This document shows, piece after piece, positions 59,858-64,000 of a stretch of DNA of 64,000 nt (its first letter is position 1; every line of letters starts with the position of its first letter). The notes beneath the pieces are model-generated. The model worked only from the letters and a program-made list of their open reading frames with translations, had not been told where the DNA came from and did not search any database. A program made the position numbers and the translations under genes. The stretch is from an uncultured Muribaculaceae bacterium (GTDB lineage Bacteria > Bacteroidota > Bacteroidia > Bacteroidales > Muribaculaceae). The stretch covers positions 60,187 to 124,186 of the forward strand of contig CAJUSZ010000001.1 of assembly GCA_910589425.1 (NCBI GenBank), given 5' to 3'.

Positions 59858-62800
59858 ATGATTAAACGTTTTCTTAGTTTGATTGCACTATTGGTCGTAT
59901 ACTCGGTCAATAGTCTTGCCGCTGACACACAGCTGGGACTGAGTGGCAACGGAACAGCAGCAAGTCCGTATCTGCTCAAAGATGCACGCGACATTGTGGC
60001 TCTTGCGGAAGCATGCGCCGGGGTTCCCGGTGCGACGAGCGGAGCAAATGCAAGCCATTATCAAGGAGTCTATTTCGCCCTTGCAGGGGACATAGATATG
60101 AGTGGCGTAACTGGTTTTTACGGGATCGGAACAGCCCCGATGGGATCGGCGTCCGGAGTTTCCTGGTACTTTGCCGGAATCATTGATGGCAAAGGTTATA
60201 CTATCCGCAATCTCAATATCAACGGTCTCCTCACGGATGATTCTGGCGTTGCAGTGCCGGCGGGGAAAAACGGTTCAAGGTCGTACGTGGGTCTTATCGG
60301 AGTCATGAAGAACGGTGGTGCCGTAAAGAACATCCACCTTGACTCCACATGCCGCATTTCAGGTTATGGCTACACTGGATCCATTGTCGGACAAGCCGAA
60401 GGAGGAACTTCCATAGAGGGCTGCACATCAGCGGCACAGATCATCAACGTAAAAAAGAACTCAGGCGGCATAGCCGGTTATCTTAAAGGCTCCTCCTCAT
60501 TACGAGCGAAAGTGTCTGATTGTGTTTTCACTGGATCCGTAATGGAATCTACCGAGGCGGCAGGAGGAATCGCTGGCAGAAACGAACGCTCAGACATAGC
60601 GAATTGTGTCAATCTGGGTAAAATAGAAGTAAGCCTGAGCAACGGATTGCTTACATCAGGCAACCCATCCCAGGGGGCTGGAATCGCTGCATATAATTAT
60701 TTCGGCACCGTTTCAAACTGTCTGAACGCAGGATTGATCAAAGTCGCATATCAGAAAATAGGTGGCATTGTCGCATATAACGCCAACGCTGACGCATCTG
60801 TCGAATCATGCGTGAATCTTGGCAGACTTGAAAGTTCCGACAAGCAATATTCAGGAGCGATCGTTGGCCATAATTTTAAATCCGGATCTGCTTCGAGCGA
60901 AAAATTCGGAGTCATAAAGAATTGTTACTATGATTCACAGATGTGGGGAGAGATCCCGGGCTATCAGGTGCCTGAAGGCTGTGTTACGGCGTGCGCTACG
61001 CTCGACCTCGTTTCCGGCAATGTTTTGCCTGGACTTGATGCGTCCAGATGGACCTTTTCCTCGGATCTGTATCCTTATCCGAATATCGCCCTTGTCTCGG
61101 AAATGATAAAGGAGGCGGCTTCAACCTATGTAATGTTTGCCGCTACCGAGTCAGCTATGGACTTTACCTCTCCTGCACATATCAGCACAGCTTCCAATGG
61201 GATCAAGGCACAAATGGCAATAGGGGAATGGTTCAAAATCATAGGAAATAACATTAATCCTGTTATGCCACAGGATGTGGTGACAGACACGATCAGACTG
61301 ACTAATGGAACATACCGCATGGACATTCCGGTCATGAACGTTCCCGTATCGTTTGAAGGAGAAGGAACCGAAGCAAATCCATATCTCATATCATCTAAAA
61401 AACACCTGATGACTCTTGCCGAACGCTGCAACGGCGATCGCATGGAACACTTCGATGGAGTATGGTTCCGGCAGACTGCGGATATAGACATGATGGGCGA
61501 CCAGTCTTTCAAGGGAATAGCGTCTAAATGCATAAATGCATTCAATAGTGAACTGAGCTATTATTTTTCAGGGAAATATGACGGCGGCGGTTATTCGATT
61601 TCCAATATCGACATTCAGGGCGTCGTATTTTCGCCGGATGGTGTGGCTAAAGATTACACTAAGGGAAGCACTGGCAATGTCGGCCTGTTCGGCGCGCTTG
61701 GCAAAGGAGCGGAAATCCGCAACGTAAAGATAAGATCTGCTAAAATCGCAGGATACTACAATGTCGGTGGCATTACGGGATATTTATCAGATAATGCCGT
61801 AATTTCAGGTTGCGAGGTTGAGGCGGATATCCTATGCTACAATAAGTCGGCAGGAGGAATCGTCGGATCAAGCAATGGCGCCACAGGCTCCGTAGGTTTG
61901 AAGATCACAGACTGCATATTTTATGGATCTGTAAAGAGCAACAGTGAGATTGCCGGAGGCATAATCGGATATAATCATGCCGAAGTAAGATCATGTGTCA
62001 ATCTGGGAAATGTCTCGGTCTCTCAGTTCAACAAATGCGTAACGTCCCCCAAACTGATCGATGCCGGCGGTATAGTCGGAAGCAACGGAGGAAATATACA
62101 TGGTTGCCTTAATATGGGTAATATAACAACAGGATGGACTCAGGCTGGTGGAATCGCCGGCTCAAACACGAACGGATATAAAAAAGGTAACATCACAGAC
62201 AACATATCGACCGGGCAGGTCCATGCCCAGGATCTGGTATATGCCGGAGCCCTTCTCGGACTGGATTACCGCATCAACACTTCCCAATCAAGTAAGATCA
62301 ACATAAGCAACAATTATTATGACAATCAGGCGTGCAGACTCCATGGCTCCGAGAATCTTGACAAGGAGGGACTTTCCGGTCGCTCAACAGCAGACCTGAC
62401 ATCAGGAAAGCTAAATCCTATTGAAAACTGGACTCTGACGCAAGGGTTTTACCCTGTTCCGTCGGCATTGGCTACCAACGACCTGGTAAAGAGAGCTTCT
62501 GCAACCTTTATCACCATTCAGCAACCGTTCAGCCTATATGACTTTGGTTCGGAGGGACATTTGTCATCCTCAATGCCCGTTACCGCAGAATTGGCTAAAC
62601 CCTCGGACGTGTTTTCAATCGAAGGGAATGTGATCCGCGCTGGGAAAGTCGACAGAATATCAGAGGCGGAGATTATACTCAAAAACGGTAATTATACCCG
62701 GGTCCTGACATTGACAAAGATCGGCTCGCTGTTGCCAGGGGAAGGGACTCTGACATCTCCCTACTTGATCTCATCACCTGGCGATTTCAATGCTATAGCT

Positions 62801-64000
62801 GATTTCAGTTCCTCTAACAATTATGATTTCAATGGTGTCTACTTTGCATTGACCTCCGATCTTGACTTCACCGGGATAGAGATACATCAGCTCGGTCTTT
62901 CCGGATCATATTTCAATGGAATCATAGATGGAAACGGCCATGTCATAAAACATGTAACTTTGGCCAAAGACGACAAAGACGACAAAGATTGCGTCGGGAT
63001 ATTCGGCTATATCGGAGAAAACGCCATTGTTAAAAACCTTAAGATAGACAATTCAAGATTCTCGGGAGGAAACTGTGTCGGTGCGTTTGCCGGACATTGC
63101 ATGGGAATGCTTGAAGGTTGTTCCACAGGAATGTACGTGGACGTCTCCGGACGGTCGATAGCAGGATCTGAGTCAGCATCAGGAAATGAAGTCGGCGGAC
63201 TCGTAGGACGTGCATATCCCTCGTCAAAAATGATCCGTTGCACAAATGCCGCGTCGGTCGTGGGCAATAAGATGGTTGGTGGTATAATCGGTGCCAACAG
63301 GGATACCTATGGATGTGTTATTTCAGACTGCGTGAACATTGGAGAGATTATAGGAACCGCTCCACGCGAGACTGTGATTCAAGGTGGTCAGGAAGTAAGC
63401 AACTATGTCGAGACCATGACTGGCGGAATAGCAGGACGTTTCACAGGCGAGATCCAGAACTGCGTCAACGAGGGGGATATTTCATCATCGATATGCAATG
63501 GAGTAGGAGGAATAGTCGGGAAAGCTTTCATAAAGGCAAATTTAACCGGCTGCACTAACAAGGGCCTTGTAAACACGGCATATTCGTATGCCGGAGGCAT
63601 TGTCGGTGTGTCTACTGTTACGGCTGGCGATGAGATATCCACAATAATCTCTGATTGCTCTAACGAAGAGGTCGTATCAGGAATGTCTTCAATCGGAGGC
63701 ATCGTTGGTGTGGCTGCCAACGGATGTCTGGTTAAGAACTGTAGGAATATTGCTTCGGTAAAACCGAAAATGGGGCGTGCAGCCGGCATCGCCGGGGAAA
63801 TATCGCAGAAAGTCTCTATTTCTGATTGCTACAATGCCGGAGAAATCGAGGCCTCGATGTTGGCAGCAGGCATTGTGGGAGACGTTCCCTCAAAAGCAGT
63901 TGTAACGATAGAGCGGTGTTTCAACACCGCGGATATTAAGGCTGGAGCCAATGGGGGAGCGGCAGGTATTCTTAATACAACCTCCGGCACCTCTATTGTG
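59858..64000 (+). CDS. Large secreted GLUG-motif / beta-helix repeat protein, 3'-partial (not in ORF track)
   Basis: Signal peptide MIKRFLSLIALLVVYSVNSLA; in-frame G.GT...PYL modules at 59939, 61352 and 62732; many GGI.G and C.N.G repeats. Frame appears open to the window end (1381 codons). TAATTTTG promoter element at 59808-59815. Confidence 0.88.
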   Translation, partial: MIKRFLSLIALLVVYSVNSLAADTQLGLSGNGTAASPYLLKDARDIVALAEACAGVPGATSGANASHYQGVYFALAGDIDMSGVTGFYGIGTAPMGSASGVSWYFAGIIDGKGYTIRNLNINGLLTDDSGVAVPAGKNGSRSYVGLIGVMKNGGAVKNIHLDSTCRISGYGYTGSIVGQAEGGTSIEGCTSAAQIINVKKNSGGIAGYLKGSSSLRAKVSDCVFTGSVMESTEAAGGIAGRNERSDIANCVNLGKIEVSLSNGLLTSGNPSQGAGIAAYNYFGTVSNCLNAGLIKVAYQKIGGIVAYNANADASVESCVNLGRLESSDKQYSGAIVGHNFKSGSASSEKFGVIKNCYYDSQMWGEIPGYQVPEGCVTACATLDLVSGNVLPGLDASRWTFSSDLYPYPNIALVSEMIKEAASTYVMFAATESAMDFTSPAHISTASNGIKAQMAIGEWFKIIGNNINPVMPQDVVTDTIRLTNGTYRMDIPVMNVPVSFEGEGTEANPYLISSKKHLMTLAERCNGDRMEHFDGVWFRQTADIDMMGDQSFKGIASKCINAFNSELSYYFSGKYDGGGYSISNIDIQGVVFSPDGVAKDYTKGSTGNVGLFGALGKGAEIRNVKIRSAKIAGYYNVGGITGYLSDNAVISGCEVEADILCYNKSAGGIVGSSNGATGSVGLKITDCIFYGSVKSNSEIAGGIIGYNHAEVRSCVNLGNVSVSQFNKCVTSPKLIDAGGIVGSNGGNIHGCLNMGNITTGWTQAGGIAGSNTNGYKKGNITDNISTGQVHAQDLVYAGALLGLDYRINTSQSSKINISNNYYDNQACRLHGSENLDKEGLSGRSTADLTSGKLNPIENWTLTQGFYPVPSALATNDLVKRASATFITIQQPFSLYDFGSEGHLSSSMPVTAELAKPSDVFSIEGNVIRAGKVDRISEAEIILKNGNYTRVLTLTKIGSLLPGEGTLTSPYLISSPGDFNAIADFSSSNNYDFNGVYFALTSDLDFTGIEIHQLGLSGSYFNGIIDGNGHVIKHVTLAKDDKDDKDCVGIFGYIGENAIVKNLKIDNSRFSGGNCVGAFAGHCMGMLEGCSTGMYVDVSGRSIAGSESASGNEVGGLVGRAYPSSKMIRCTNAASVVGNKMVGGIIGANRDTYGCVISDCVNIGEIIGTAPRETVIQGGQEVSNYVETMTGGIAGRFTGEIQNCVNEGDISSSICNGVGGIVGKAFIKANLTGCTNKGLVNTAYSYAGGIVGVSTVTAGDEISTIISDCSNEEVVSGMSSIGGIVGVAANGCLVKNCRNIASVKPKMGRAAGIAGEISQKVSISDCYNAGEIEASMLAAGIVGDVPSKAVVTIERCFNTADIKAGANGGAAGILNTTSGTSIV

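Noticed and set aside
1..64000. CRISPR arrays, rRNA, tRNA, prophage, invertible promoters
   Set aside because: No regularly spaced repeats, tRNA or rRNA signatures, phage genes or recombinases seen; intergenic gaps are short.

Overview
Gene-dense chromosomal window from a Bacteroidales bacterium. The TTTG-N19-21-TAnnTTTG primary-sigma promoters, A-rich initiation regions without SD motifs and gene content point to this order; a Muribaculaceae-like origin is inference only. Most genes are housekeeping: uvrA, uvrB, engB, smpB, prfA, pyrF, udk, lptB, holA, rimM, murA, tsaB, serB, tpx, rprXY, a glycogen operon and several peptidases. I found no rRNA, tRNA, CRISPR array, integrase or transposase. 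Most notable: (1) a GNAT / class A (A2-type) beta-lactamase / GNAT operon preceded by a structured leader carrying a 14-codon uORF with an RLR motif; (2) a long RelA/SpoT homolog with an intact hydrolase, degenerate synthetase motifs and a shortened C-terminal region; (3) two genes missing from the ORF track, a 57-aa two-TM protein and a >=1381-aa secreted GLUG-type repeat protein running off the window end; (4) a ThrA-like aspartate kinase lacking its homoserine dehydrogenase; (5) an MscS with a ~70-aa insertion; (6) several shared promoter and hairpin motifs. All family assignments come from recognising motifs by eye; no database search was run.
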